DNA of 63,201 nucleotides, counting the filler. It is 9 parts of 9 records of this genome, joined end to end, with 100 filler letters (N's around TTAATTAATTAA, not from the genome) between each part and the next. Parts side by side here need not be neighbours in the genome. Positions count along the whole stretch, not along the records: positions 23,623 to 42,370 come from SRR7504441_1016; positions 42,471 to 49,898 come from SRR7504441_1019; 7 more parts are not named here. The stretch is one strand, 5' to 3'. Below the pieces are notes generated by a model. That model had not been told where the DNA came from and ran no database searches. It saw only the letters and a list, made by a program, of their open reading frames with translations. Shown piece by piece: positions 36,153-46,708 of this stretch. Each line of letters starts with the position of its first letter. Within the stretch, counting starts at the first letter, position 1. Made by a program: the position numbers and the translations under genes.

Positions 36153-38495
36153 CTAGGTATCAAAGCCTAGTATCACTTCCTTGTGCCCAATATCTCCGAC
36201 TAACTGTTGGGGGATCCCAAGCATCCCTAGGATGACTTCTATTCCGTTGTGCTCAGCCACCAGCTTCAATTGCAGTCCCGGGCGCACACTCACCTGCCCA
36301 GCCATCGTACCAGGCTATGGCGCGGCCACTTACCTCCACGGGCAAGTACCGCACTGTCTGCTCCCAGGCGATCAAATCTGGATTGTCTGGTCCTGTCGAA
36401 AAGTGCACCCCTGGCCCGGTCTCCACGTCGAACCACAACACCAGTGCATTCAGCGTTCCGGCTGCATCGATTTGGACTGGCACCTCCTGCGCGCCGGTCA
36501 GCGGGCACGGCTCGGGCTGCCCACCCTCTGCTGCTTGTGTTCAGGCATCCGCGCTGAGTAAAAGTCAAACTCGAACAGCTGCAGCTGGGCGCAGTCAGCC
36601 ACGGGTATGGCCGGGCTAGCTACCGGTTTGGAGAGGCGTTTGTGAGGCACGCCATGCTGCAGCATCACGCCGGCCCCGCCTCCGGTCATCTGGCCCAGAT
36701 CTCATCCCAAACAGAGCAGCAACCAATCACCGCCAGGCACTCGTCGCAGTTTAGCTGGTTGAGATGGTCCAAGTCCACCCCGTGCTCCCGGCCGTAACGC
36801 ATCTCGACTGCAACGCACCACAAGCTCGCCTTAGCCGGGATAATCACTGCATCGGGCAACAGCAGATGCTCCCGGGCGTGCTCTATCGACTGGAGCACGC
36901 CTTCGCCCAGCAAGCAGTTGTCCAGGATCTCGCACACAAGCACCGCCGCCCGACCGGCCGGCAGCTGATCGCACTCTGTGGACTTGACAGGCAACACTTG
37001 CATTTGGTCTGGTCCAAACCCATTGGCCGACACGATCTGGCCGGCCGCTGTTGCCAGCTGCTCGACCATCTCGAACCCAGTCACCCTGCCGGCCCCGGCC
37101 CGCAAGGCCATCATCCCGAGTAGCCCGGACCCGGACCCGATGTCCAACACGTGACTCCCGGGCCGCACTGCCAGGCACCTGCAGAGCGCATCGTTGAACG
37201 CGCTGTTCCGCCCAACGTCCGCGATCATCGGGAAGTGGTAGGCCAGAGCCGGCTGCGGCGGGAAGGCCACCGCCGGGCATCCATCCGGCAGCGGGGCTTG
37301 GATAGAGATCGGCTGGCCGGGCTCGACCTGGACTCGGATCGGCACTGTGTCGCCAGGCTGCACCGGGCGCTCATACCCGGTGAAGCTCAGCGTCTGCTTG
37401 ATGGCCGTGTCCCGCCGGACGAACCCGCGCCCGCCCGGGACCGGCTTGGGCTCATAAGTTAGCCCTGGCGCGAGCTCGATCTCCGGCCACACCACCAGCA
37501 GGTTGAGCGTGCCTGGAGCGATCACTGAGAGCTCGGCAAAGCTCTCGGCTGCAGCTGTCGGCCGGCTAAACTCGAGCCGACCTACTGACAAGCGGTCGGT
37601 CAGCAGCGTATGCGGCACATCGGACAGGTCGTAGAAAGTGGCCTGGTTGTTCCGGAACCGATTGAACAGGGTCAAGTCAAACCCGGCCACATCGGTTGTG
37701 CGCACCTCGGCCGCCGCCGCCCAGAGCCTAGCGCTGCTCGGGATGGTGGCCCCGCCCGGCCTGAGCAGCGCCGGTGCGAGCAGCGGCATGGCCGTGTAGG
37801 CCGCGTCCTGGGTGAGCCCGGCGTGCAGGTCCTCGCAGACCACCAGCTCAAACTGAGCATCCATCTCGCCGGCCAGCTGCTCGAACGGCCCGCGCCGATG
37901 GACCAGCTGGATCGCGTTGGACAGCCCGTTGGCCTCCACCATCTGCTTGGCTACCTGCCACAGCCGCCGCACCCGGAGCACCCAGAGCACCCGCGCACCC
38001 GCCCGGGCCGACAGCAGCGCCGGCAGCCCGCTCCCCAGCCCGAGCACCAACACGCTCGCTGGGGCCGGCCGGGCGGCCAGCTGCTGCCGGACAGCCCCGG
38101 CGAGCGCCTCGAGCCAGCGCCGGTCTTGGAGCATCGGCCGGTCGTAATCGAAGGCCTTGGAGACCAACCCGCGGGCCAGAGGGAGCATCCTCTCAGGCAA
38201 GCCCTCCTCCGCGGTGGACCCGCCGAGCGCCAGCCCGTGGATCATCTTGCTCCGAGCGTACCGCTGCGAGCCGCGCGCCCCGACCTCCAGCTGGTGCTCT
38301 GCCCGGCCATCAGCCGACACCTTGGCTGGCCAGCTCACCCACGGCGTCGGTGGTCGGGGTGAGCAGCTTGCGCAGCTTCTGGTTGTCGCCGGGCGACAGG
38401 CTGGGCACCCCGGTGCAGCGGCCGGAGTGCTCGCGGCATTTGAGCGGCGTGCTGAACCGGCAGCCGCACAGCGGACAATCGAGCCTTGGCGGCAT
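36153..38495 (-). CDS. Tandem-domain protein arginine methyltransferase (PRMT7/PRMT9-like) with an N-terminal Cys/His zinc-finger-like motif
   Basis: CPLCGCRFSTPLKCREHSGRC. Module 1 VLVLGLGSG. Module 2 HFPMIADVGRN..VLDIGSGSGLL..VTGFE..VCEILDNCLLGEG. Five short introns. TAG at 36153-36155. Confidence 0.85.
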
Positions 38496-38732
38496 GAGTG
38501 AACGCTCCCCCGTTAGAATCTCACTCACATTGGCTGTCACGATCGCCGGTGGTAGGCGAGGCCCAAGGGATAAAGCTAGTACTTCCGAATACAATGATAT
38601 AAAGTTTTATGCACGCGCAGCGCTGAAAATAATCATATAACAACACTCTACAAGTCATGATTGTAGAGACGGTAGAGATAGATCTATGCTAGCAGCACGG
38701 CTAGCAGCTATGAGCGCATCTCGATATCGTCA

Positions 38733-39578
38733 TCAATTCCACCATCGCTTCCCTTGAAGGCGTCGATCACGGCGGTAGCATTTGTCGGTGCCGCACAACT
38801 GGTCCCACCACGGAAAGATCCCAAAGTTGCCTCGATTGTAGTGCTGGTGGTGGTAGCAATGGAAGTCATTCGACCGGAGGTAGTGCCAGAATGAGAACGG
38901 ATTCGAGAACCCCGAGTGCCCTTCCACCCCTTCCCACATCCGGATCGCCGTGTACACCAGATAGACCGAACCGTGCACCGGCACGACCAGCGACAAGCCG
39001 ACCACAGGCCCGAGCGTCCCCAACAGATTGATCAGCAGATCCTCCCAGACCGAGGCGTTCCCGTTAGCCGCGAGCCCGACCGTCCACGTGAACCGGTGGT
39101 GCGCCTTGTGCACCCGCTGGTACCAGCCCGGCCTGCCGAGCCCGCCGCCCGGCCCGCTGCCGTCGTGGGCCAGCCGGTGGGTCCAGTAGAACCAGGTGTC
39201 GTTGATGACGAAGAAGAGCGCGATCTGCCAGACGAACACCCCCAGCTCCGGGGCCGGGCTGAACACCCGGTCCCGGCAGGTGTGGTAGAGCAGGTGGTAG
39301 CTCAGCAGCGGGTAGCCCACCAGCAGGTTGAACAGGCTTTTGAGCAGATTCTCGCGCACCAGATCCTCCGGCGGCTGCTTATCCGCCGGGTTGATCCGGA
39401 GCCGGGCCAACAGACCACCCGGGTGCCGCCGGCTGTGCCGGTCGACCAGCGCGAGCAGCCCCACCGGCAGCCAGTAGCCGAGCAGCTGAGAAATGAAGAA
39501 CCCGACAGCGAAGAGAGAGGGCTCGGACAGCTGGTGCGAGCGCCAGTACGCTACTACGGCCTGCCAGATGCCTGACAT
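38733..39578 (-). CDS. Fatty acid hydroxylase / sterol desaturase family (C4-methylsterol oxidase-like)
   Basis: His boxes YWTHRLAH, VHKAHH, EGHSG and FHCYHH, plus GNFG. Transmembrane segments. Confidence 0.88.
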   Translation of the reverse strand: MSGIWQAVVAYWRSHQLSEPSLFAVGFFISQLLGYWLPVGLLALVDRHSRRHPGGLLARLRINPADKQPPEDLVRENLLKSLFNLLVGYPLLSYHLLYHTCRDRVFSPAPELGVFVWQIALFFVINDTWFYWTHRLAHDGSGPGGGLGRPGWYQRVHKAHHRFTWTVGLAANGNASVWEDLLINLLGTLGPVVGLSLVVPVHGSVYLVYTAIRMWEGVEGHSGFSNPFSFWHYLRSNDFHCYHHQHYNRGNFGIFPWWDQLCGTDKCYRRDRRLQGKRWWN

Positions 39579-39970
39579 GTGTGTTGAACCGAACGAGGAG
39601 CCGCCCCGTCGATGGTTGCCAACCCATCCGCAGAAAGCCCGGGGTTTAGCGCGATTTACCGTTGAACAGGCCCGATTTGGGCTAGTGGTGCTGTTGCACA
39701 GTTCCTCGAAGTATTCCTCGAGTTCCTCCGCTGCGCAATAATTGCAGCTCTTAATTCGGGGCTGGCTCAGGCACTAGGTTGCCCCCCAAGCCACTTTCAG
39801 TTTTGTTGTCCCCGATCGATCCATCACCTCGTGCAGCGCGCAGCTGGCTCCCATTTCCCATGCTGGCACTCTCATCAGCGTGCTGAGGAATCAGCAGTTG
39901 CTCAATCTCGAAGAGCCCGCACTTGAGGAGCAGGGTGTGGCACTGCTGTCTTTGGGCGAGCCCTAGATCG

Positions 39971-41617
39971 ATGAGGCTGGTGCTGCTATGCCTGCTGTTG
40001 GGCGGGGTCGAGGGTCTGAAGAACGTGCTGCTGATCCTGGTGGACGACTTGCGGCCCCAACTCGGGTGCTACAACGCCTCGGCCAAGATGCACACCCCGC
40101 ACATCGACCGCCTGGCCGCCCGCGGGCTCACCTTCCGGAACGCGTACAACCAGTACTCGGTCTGCTCGCCCAGCCGTAACTCGTTCATGTCCGGCCGGCG
40201 CCCGGACTCGACGCTAACCTACAACTTCAAGGACGACTTCCGGCACGCGCCGGGCGGCCAGCAGTGGTTTAGCCTGCCGGAGGCCTTCAAGCGTCACGGG
40301 TTTAACACCACTGGTGCAGGCAAGCATTTTCACCCGGGCCGGCCTGCCAACTGGGACCAGCCGCGCAGCTGGACCCCCGGTCTGGACCCCGGGTTTGGGT
40401 TCAACCAGGGCCTCGGCTTCTGCGGGCAGCACTCGGCCTGTGTGCTCTCCCCGCACCCGATTGCCCGCCCGGACCCCGACGGCTGCACCGGCTCGGCCCA
40501 GCTCGGGGCGCCGGCGGTCTGCCCGGACTGGGGGCATGCGGGCAGCCACAGGACTGACGAGCTGATCGCCAACTACACAGTGGAGCTGCTCGAGTCGCAC
40601 GCAGCCAACAAGGTCGGGCCGTGGTGCCACGTGGTCGGGTTTGTCCGGCCGCACGTGGACTGGAGCAGCCCCCAGCAGTTTTGGGACCTTTACCCGCCAG
40701 AGCAGATTGAGCTGCCGACCCACCGGGCGCTCTCGCCCAGTGCGCCCAAGCTGGCCTGGGTCGACGGAGGCTACTGCGACAACAAGCACGCCGACCTGTG
40801 CAACTATACGGCCTGGCAGCGGGACGGCGCGGCGGCCTGCACCCCGGATCAGCTCGCTTTCAACGCCACGCGGCCGGTGCCGGACGCGGTGAGTAAGGTG
40901 TGGCGGCGGGGGTACTATGCAGCGGTGAGCTACGTGGATGCCAACATTGGCCGGGTGCTCGGAGCGCTCGATCGGCTCGGGCTGGCTGATGACACGGTGG
41001 TCGGGCTGCTGGCGGACCACGGCTACCAGCTGGGGGAGCACGCGATGTGGGAGAAGTATACCAACTGGGAGTTGGCAGCCAGAGTGCCTTTCATCCTGGC
41101 TGTCCCTTGGAAGCGTGGCTCTCACGGCAGAGTGAGCTCGGCGCTGGTCGAGAGCGTCGACATGTACCCCTCGCTGGCAGAGGCGGCCGGGCTGCCGGGC
41201 TCGGCGCTGCAGAGTTCACTGGAGGGCTACTCGGTGGGGCCGCTGCTCGACAACCCGGACCGACGCTGGAAGACAGCGGCCTTCTCGCAGTACGCGCGGT
41301 GCGACAGGGACGGGGCGACAGGCTTTTATAGCCGTTGCTCGGGCACGGCCCGGGAGCAGATCCAAGTGATGGGGTACTCTGTGCGGACGGCAGGCTGGCG
41401 GTACACAGAATGGTTTGAGTTTGACGGCTCAAAGGCCTCGCTCAACAGCACGCTGGCCACCGAGCTGTACGACCACCGACAGGACGACGGGAGCGACATG
41501 GACAGCGAGCAGCGCAACCTGGCGGCCGACCCGGCCCAGCGCGCCGTGCTGGATGAGCACAAGCGGATCCTCCGAGAAGGCTGGCGCAAGCAGCTGCCTC
41601 CTACAGTCGAGGCTTAG
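39971..41617 (+). CDS. Secreted/lysosomal sulfatase, iduronate-2-sulfatase-like
   Basis: Signal peptide, NVLLILVDDLRP, CSPSR formylglycine motif, GKHFH, GFVRPH, ADHGYQLGEH, ELYDH. Confidence 0.92.
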   Translation: MRLVLLCLLLGGVEGLKNVLLILVDDLRPQLGCYNASAKMHTPHIDRLAARGLTFRNAYNQYSVCSPSRNSFMSGRRPDSTLTYNFKDDFRHAPGGQQWFSLPEAFKRHGFNTTGAGKHFHPGRPANWDQPRSWTPGLDPGFGFNQGLGFCGQHSACVLSPHPIARPDPDGCTGSAQLGAPAVCPDWGHAGSHRTDELIANYTVELLESHAANKVGPWCHVVGFVRPHVDWSSPQQFWDLYPPEQIELPTHRALSPSAPKLAWVDGGYCDNKHADLCNYTAWQRDGAAACTPDQLAFNATRPVPDAVSKVWRRGYYAAVSYVDANIGRVLGALDRLGLADDTVVGLLADHGYQLGEHAMWEKYTNWELAARVPFILAVPWKRGSHGRVSSALVESVDMYPSLAEAAGLPGSALQSSLEGYSVGPLLDNPDRRWKTAAFSQYARCDRDGATGFYSRCSGTAREQIQVMGYSVRTAGWRYTEWFEFDGSKASLNSTLATELYDHRQDDGSDMDSEQRNLAADPAQRAVLDEHKRILREGWRKQLPPTVEA

Positions 41618-41834
41618 CAAGGCTTAGCGTTCAAGGACTGGCAATCCAGAGTACTCTCGACCACCAGCTGCCAGTGACTACTCATAAGTTGGGACTCAAC
41701 GCTTCGTTTGAATCAAAATTGAGAGCCCTCATCGTAATTATCCCGACAGCTAGTTATCAGTGCTAATTACACTATAAACTGGTCAGTTTAATGAATGGAT
41801 TGACCGACCTAGGACTGCCATGCTTTAGTCACGC

Positions 41835-42370
41835 TCACCGGATCGAAGGTCCTCGCGACCGCGTCCTCTCCTTACTGTCATAAATCCCACCGACTAGCTT
41901 CTGCTTATACTTTTGCCAGGCAAGCTTGCCGCTCCGGCTCTGGGCGGCCCGACTCAAGCAGTACCGGTGTCCACGGAGCATCCCGGCCAGCTGGCTGGTG
42001 GCCTGCGGGGCCAGCTCCTGAGGCAGCCAGCCGATGTCCGTGTTGCCCTCGGTGGTGGTCAGACTCACCTCCGACACCACCGGCCGCCCGCGCGACAGCA
42101 GCAGCTCCTCGCCATAAAAGTCGCCCTGCCGGCCGCTCGCCCCGCCCCACGGGCCAGCCACCTCCTCCAGCCGCCCGAGCTCGGCCACGTCGCCGTTGGG
42201 CTGTTGCTCGAAGGCGGTTAGCCTGCCTGAGAGCACCACACAGAACCCTTGGAGCGGAGCGCCTTGCCCAGCCACCACCGCCCCGTTCAGCAGCCGCCGC
42301 CGAGACATGAGCCCCACAATCTGCCCGCCGATCAGCCAGTCGCGGGGCATTTGGTTGGCCTTGGCAGCCA
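41835..42370 (-). CDS. Cyclic-nucleotide-binding domain protein, 5' truncated
   Basis: QGAPLQGFCVVLSGRL...LGRLEE/GDFYGEELLL cNMP beta-barrel pattern. Confidence 0.65.
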
Positions 42371-42470
42371 NNNNNNNNNNNNNNNNNNNNNNNNNNNNNN
42401 NNNNNNNNNNNNNNTTAATTAATTAANNNNNNNNNNNNNNNNNNNNNNNNNNNNNNNNNNNNNNNNNNNN
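42371..42470. other. Artificial contig-joining spacer
   Basis: N44-TTAATTAATTAA-N44. Confidence 0.98.
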
Positions 42471-42540
42471 TCCGGATGAAAGAGGTGATACTAACTAAAT
42501 GCTGTCTGGGTCTAGATCCGGTCTCGAAGCGCAAGCTCTC

Positions 42541-45346
42541 ATGAGCGACTCGAGAGGCCCCGGCGGATCGCAAGGGCCGCAGGGGCAGAGGCTCGTCGGA
42601 GGCCGGCGCTCAGGCATAAAGCTGTACGGCCTCTTTCTATGCAGGAAGAGCAGGGCCATCGCACCTGATGAGATGAGTCCTCTCTCCTCGCAACACAAGC
42701 TCGCGGACACGGCGTCCTCAACCGCATGCAACGGACGTTCAAGCATCGGTGCCGGGCCAGGTGCGGCCGGATGACTCCGGCGGAGCGGCTGGCCCGGGTC
42801 GAGGCGTTGGCCCGGGAGCGGCGTGAGCGCCGGCAGACCGGCCGACCGGTGCGGGCCGGCTGCCTGCTGGGGCGAGCAACGGGCCAGCGGCGGCCGGGCG
42901 GGCCGGGCCTGCAGGCTGTGCAGCAGCGGCTGGAGGCCTCCGAGAGCCAGCTGGCGGCGCTGCAGGTGTGGGCATGGGCTGGCGGGCGCTGAGCCACCCG
43001 GCAGGCGGCCGGGCAAACCCGTCAGCAGGTGGCCGAGGCGCACCACGCCCGTCTGGCCCGGATGGAGCAGGCAGTCACGCCGCCGCGTGGCCCGTCGCCG
43101 CTCTCAGCATCGGAGCCGCAGGAGGACGCACAGGAGGAGCAGGAAATAGAGAGCGTCCTGGCGATGGGCGAGGCGGCCGCTGTCCAGCTCACGGCCAAGA
43201 TGAGCTTGCTCAAGCAGAGTCTGGCCGCCAAGGAGAGGGAGGCCAACGCCCAGAAGCAACGGATTGCCCGGCTCGAGGCCCAGGTGTCCGGCCAGCCCGA
43301 GCCTGCCCCCGGCGAGCGGTCGGCCCGGCTGGCCCAGCTGGAGCAGGAGCTCGGCGAAAGTAACAGCCGGCTGCAGCGGCTCCAGCACGGGGGTGCGGAC
43401 CAGGAGTTACCTGCCAGCGTCTCCAGCCCGCCTGCCAGCCCGGGCCCGGCGCTGATGGGCAAGCTGGAGACGTTGGAGGGCAGAATCCAGGGCGAGCTGT
43501 CCCGGAAAAACGAGCAAATACAGAACCTGCAGGCCCGGCTGGGTGACCAGGCTGAGCCGGAGCAGACCGAGGCAGCCGCGGCTCAGCTGGCCGCCAAAAT
43601 GACTCAGCTCGAGCGGACGCTGGCCCAGGAGCGCAAGGCGTCCAGTGCGCAGCTGGAGGCGCTGCAGGAGGAGCTGGCGGTGAAGAGAGTCGAAGCGGTC
43701 GCGCTGCAGGCGACTGTGAAGGAGCTAGAAGAAGGCCTCCAGGCAGCGCAGGCTGGGAGCGAGCTGGCGGGGCTGTGTGAGGCTCGGAGCAGCCTGGAGG
43801 CAGCGGTGCAGGCGCAGGGCGAGACCCTTGAGCGTCTGGCGGCCGGGCTGGGCACGACGGCGCTCGAGGCGACTGGGGCAGCCAAGGAGCAGGCGGCGAG
43901 GATTGAGGGGATGCAGCGGGACCTGATGGAGCTACAGGAGCGGCTGGGCAGCGAGGAGTCGGCGATTCGGGCCGCCCAAGCCAGTGGAGGCTTCATAGGG
44001 TCTGTGCACGCGATGAGGGAGGCAGATCAAGTCGGAAGACTGGACAGTGCTGTGAGCAGATCAGCAGGGGCGCAGCAGGCGGACAGGATGGGCGAGCTGG
44101 AGCGGCTGGTGCAGGCCAAAGACAGGGCGGGCGAAGCGCTGGGGCTGGAGGTGAAGTGGCTGAGCTCTGAGTTGGATAAGCGGGCGGTTGTGCTTGCGTT
44201 TGTGTCGTGGAGGTTCCATTGTCACGAGGCGATCGACTTGCAGTGCTGGATCCACCACGCGCGGGGTGCCCAGCCATGCCCGCTGAGAGCTGCCGAGCCC
44301 GGGGCAGGGCTTGAGGTGAACTCAGACGTGCTCAAGATGAACCAAGCTCTTGCGGCCAAGTGGCGGGACACGGAGAAAGCCGCTGGGGCAGCCCGGGCTG
44401 CCAACAGAGAGCTGGAGATGTCGCTGAGCTCAGAGCGGGCGGAGAAGGCTAAGCTGGTCCAGGACCTGGCTGTGGCGCTCAGCTGGCAGCAAGAGCAGCA
44501 AGACTGGCAGGCGCTGCCCTGTACCCGCAGCGGAGATTGATTGTGCCTCGACAGGAGCTGAGTAGAGCGCGTGAGGCGAGGTTGGACAGCCAAGTCAAAG
44601 CAGCCGTGGACAAGATGGGTGCCGACAGGCAGACCGCCGCCGAGCAGCAGCTGGAGCAGCTTCAGCGGACGCTGGAGACGGTCAGAGCGCAGAAACGTGC
44701 AGTGGAGCGCGAGCTGGAGGGCGCTCACGAGGAGAAGGGGAGGCTGGCCAAGGACCTGGCGGCGGCGCTCAGTTGGCAGCAGGCCTGGGAAGGCACTCGG
44801 GAGGAGGCGAGCGAGCGGCTGGCGCTCGAGCAAGGGCTTGCGGTCACCCAGGGCGAGCTGAGTCTGCTGCAGCTTGAGCGTGACGCGGCGGTCGCCACGC
44901 GCGAGCGGCTTGAGCGAGAGCTAGCCAGTGCGAGCAGGGCGCTAGGGAGGGTGAGTACGGACCGAGGAACACTCCAGACCAGTCTAGACTTGGCTGTGGC
45001 CGAGAAGGGCGAGCAGCAGCAGCAGCTGAGGCAGACGATGGCTGAAACAGATCAGCTGCGGCGGCGGCTGGGGGCAGCCAAGGCTGAGAGGCAGAGGCTC
45101 AAGGCTGGGCTGGTGGTGGAGGAGGCCTTGTTGGAGCAGGCAGGCAAGGAGGAGCTGACTGCGACCCGCTGGATGCGGGGGGGCGACCTGGGCCAAGTGG
45201 TGGAGCTTGCCGCTGAGAGCCCGAAGGCTGAGTCTAGACATGTGAACAGTGAGTTGGACGTAGCCAGGAGCTTTTTGAAGGAGAAGGGGGCGTCTGAGCT
45301 GCAATCGAAGAAGGTGCTCAGTTTTCTCAAAAAGCCACGCTCTTAG
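42541..45346 (+). CDS. Long coiled-coil protein, spliced
   Basis: ORFs 43029-44540 and 44537-45346 join through a GC-AG intron at 44511-44554. Internal repeat EKxxLxxDLAxALSWQQ occurs twice. Start uncertain. Confidence 0.65.
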
Positions 45347-45415
45347 TAGAGCTTACATTATTCATTTATAAACACTACATAAAGTATTTAAACTAGTTAC
45401 TTTTATCAAAGGCTC

Positions 45416-45510
45416 AGCCGCGCCACCCGCAATCGGAGTTTTCTCCGCCCTCGTGCTCTGTAAAAGTTGTACACGAGAGCTTCATCTCTCCACACTGCTT
45501 AGTGGCGGCT
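45416..45510 (-). promoter_or_regulatory. Eukaryotic SECIS element in the 3' UTR
   Basis: Minus strand reads AUGAA (45485-45481), a 10-bp helix GCUCUCGUGU/GCACGAGGGC, apical AA (45468-45467) with a small extra stem, then GGAG (45446-45443). Lower helices are GGAG/CUCC, GCAGU/AUUGC and AGCCG/CGGCU. The core starts about 53 nt after the TAG stop. Confidence 0.88.
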
Positions 45511-45538
45511 CGCTGGCCCATGGCGCCCGTAGGCCCGT

Positions 45539-46567
45539 CTACGCTCCGGCGGCAGCAAGGCGATCCGCATAGCTAGCGTCGTAAACATTGGCGTGGTTGT
45601 CAAATCCCCTCAGCAGCCCGTTCACAAAGCCAACCGAGACCGCCTTGGCCTGACCAGCGTCGCTGTCCAGCCTAACCAGCTCCTGCTTGATGCTCTGGAT
45701 CAGCCTGCGGTGGTCCTTGAAGTGACTGGTACGTGAGTCGAGCAGCAAACTGACCCCGCCCTCCGCTGCAACCCGCTTCTCCTCAGGATGGTAAAGGTAC
45801 TGCTCCAGCAGCTGCTCCTCGTGGGCGCAGTGCCGCTCAAACATCCCAAGGAAAGCAGCCAGCGCCGCGCCGGTCCGGTGCTCCGAGAGCGCCCCCAGCG
45901 CGGCGCAGCACTCTTCGTGTTCGAGGTCGAGCTCGCGATTCTTCACCGATTCGACCTCCGCCAGCGCCCGCACTACCTCCTCCTCCTCACTACCGCTCTG
46001 GGGCCCGCAGGCCCCACTGTGTCAGCTGCCCTCGTCGCTCACGCTCGCGGCGTTCGGGTTGGGCAGCTGGACCGCCTGGCCCTCGATCGCAGCGTCCAGA
46101 ATCGACTCCACGTGCCTGAACGCCTGCGCCTCCACGTCCAAAAAGGCCTTGGTCTTGCCGGCAATCACCTCCTGGGTCTCCGGGCTCAGGATTATGAAGC
46201 CAGAGCAGCCGAGCTGCCCCCAGAAGGGACCATCTCGTCGGGAAGCGGTCACGGTGTTCACGCAGTTGGTAAGCCTCATGCGCTCACCCATGGCCGTGGC
46301 TAGCTCCGGCCCGTCGCAGCTGACGCAAATGAAATTGACCGAGTCCTTGTACTTGCTCCCGCCGGCCCACGCGTCCATTTGGGCCGCGCAGGGCCAGCAC
46401 CCGCCTCAGCCGGTGTATAGGTGGACCACGCAGATCTTGTCCGCGAAGTCGGCCAGGCTGGTCAGCCGCTGGGTGGCGCGTACACCCGGGGCGGGGGTCA
46501 TCACCTTGAGCTGGCCCACGGGCGGGCCCACCATGGGCGCCTTGGCGCACCCGAGCAGGGACCCCAT
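45539..46567 (-). CDS. Selenoprotein: thioredoxin-fold (UxxC) domain fused to a hemerythrin domain, with one or two Sec
   Basis: One frame from ATG 46567 to TAG 45539 with TGA at 46408-46406 (VVHLYTG-U-GGCWPC) and 46024-46022 (GS-U-HSGAC). Hemerythrin ligands H, HxxxE, HxxxH and HxxxxD are present. SECIS lies downstream. Confidence 0.88.
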
Positions 46568-46708
46568 CGCCGCCGCACGCAGGGAGCAGCGCCCGGGCAA
46601 GGCGAAGAGCTGGCTCCTTGCCGTGAGCCGGCCGCCGCGGTGAGGCTGAATTTATTTATCGAGCATGAGGCCTAGGATGCCTGCCTTGATCTGGATGTAG
46701 AGAGGCAG

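Noticed and set aside
46380-46490. First TGA of the selenoprotein lying inside an intron
   Set aside because: Nearby GT..AG choices shift the frame. The frame-preserving option I found would delete the strand leading into the UxxC site.
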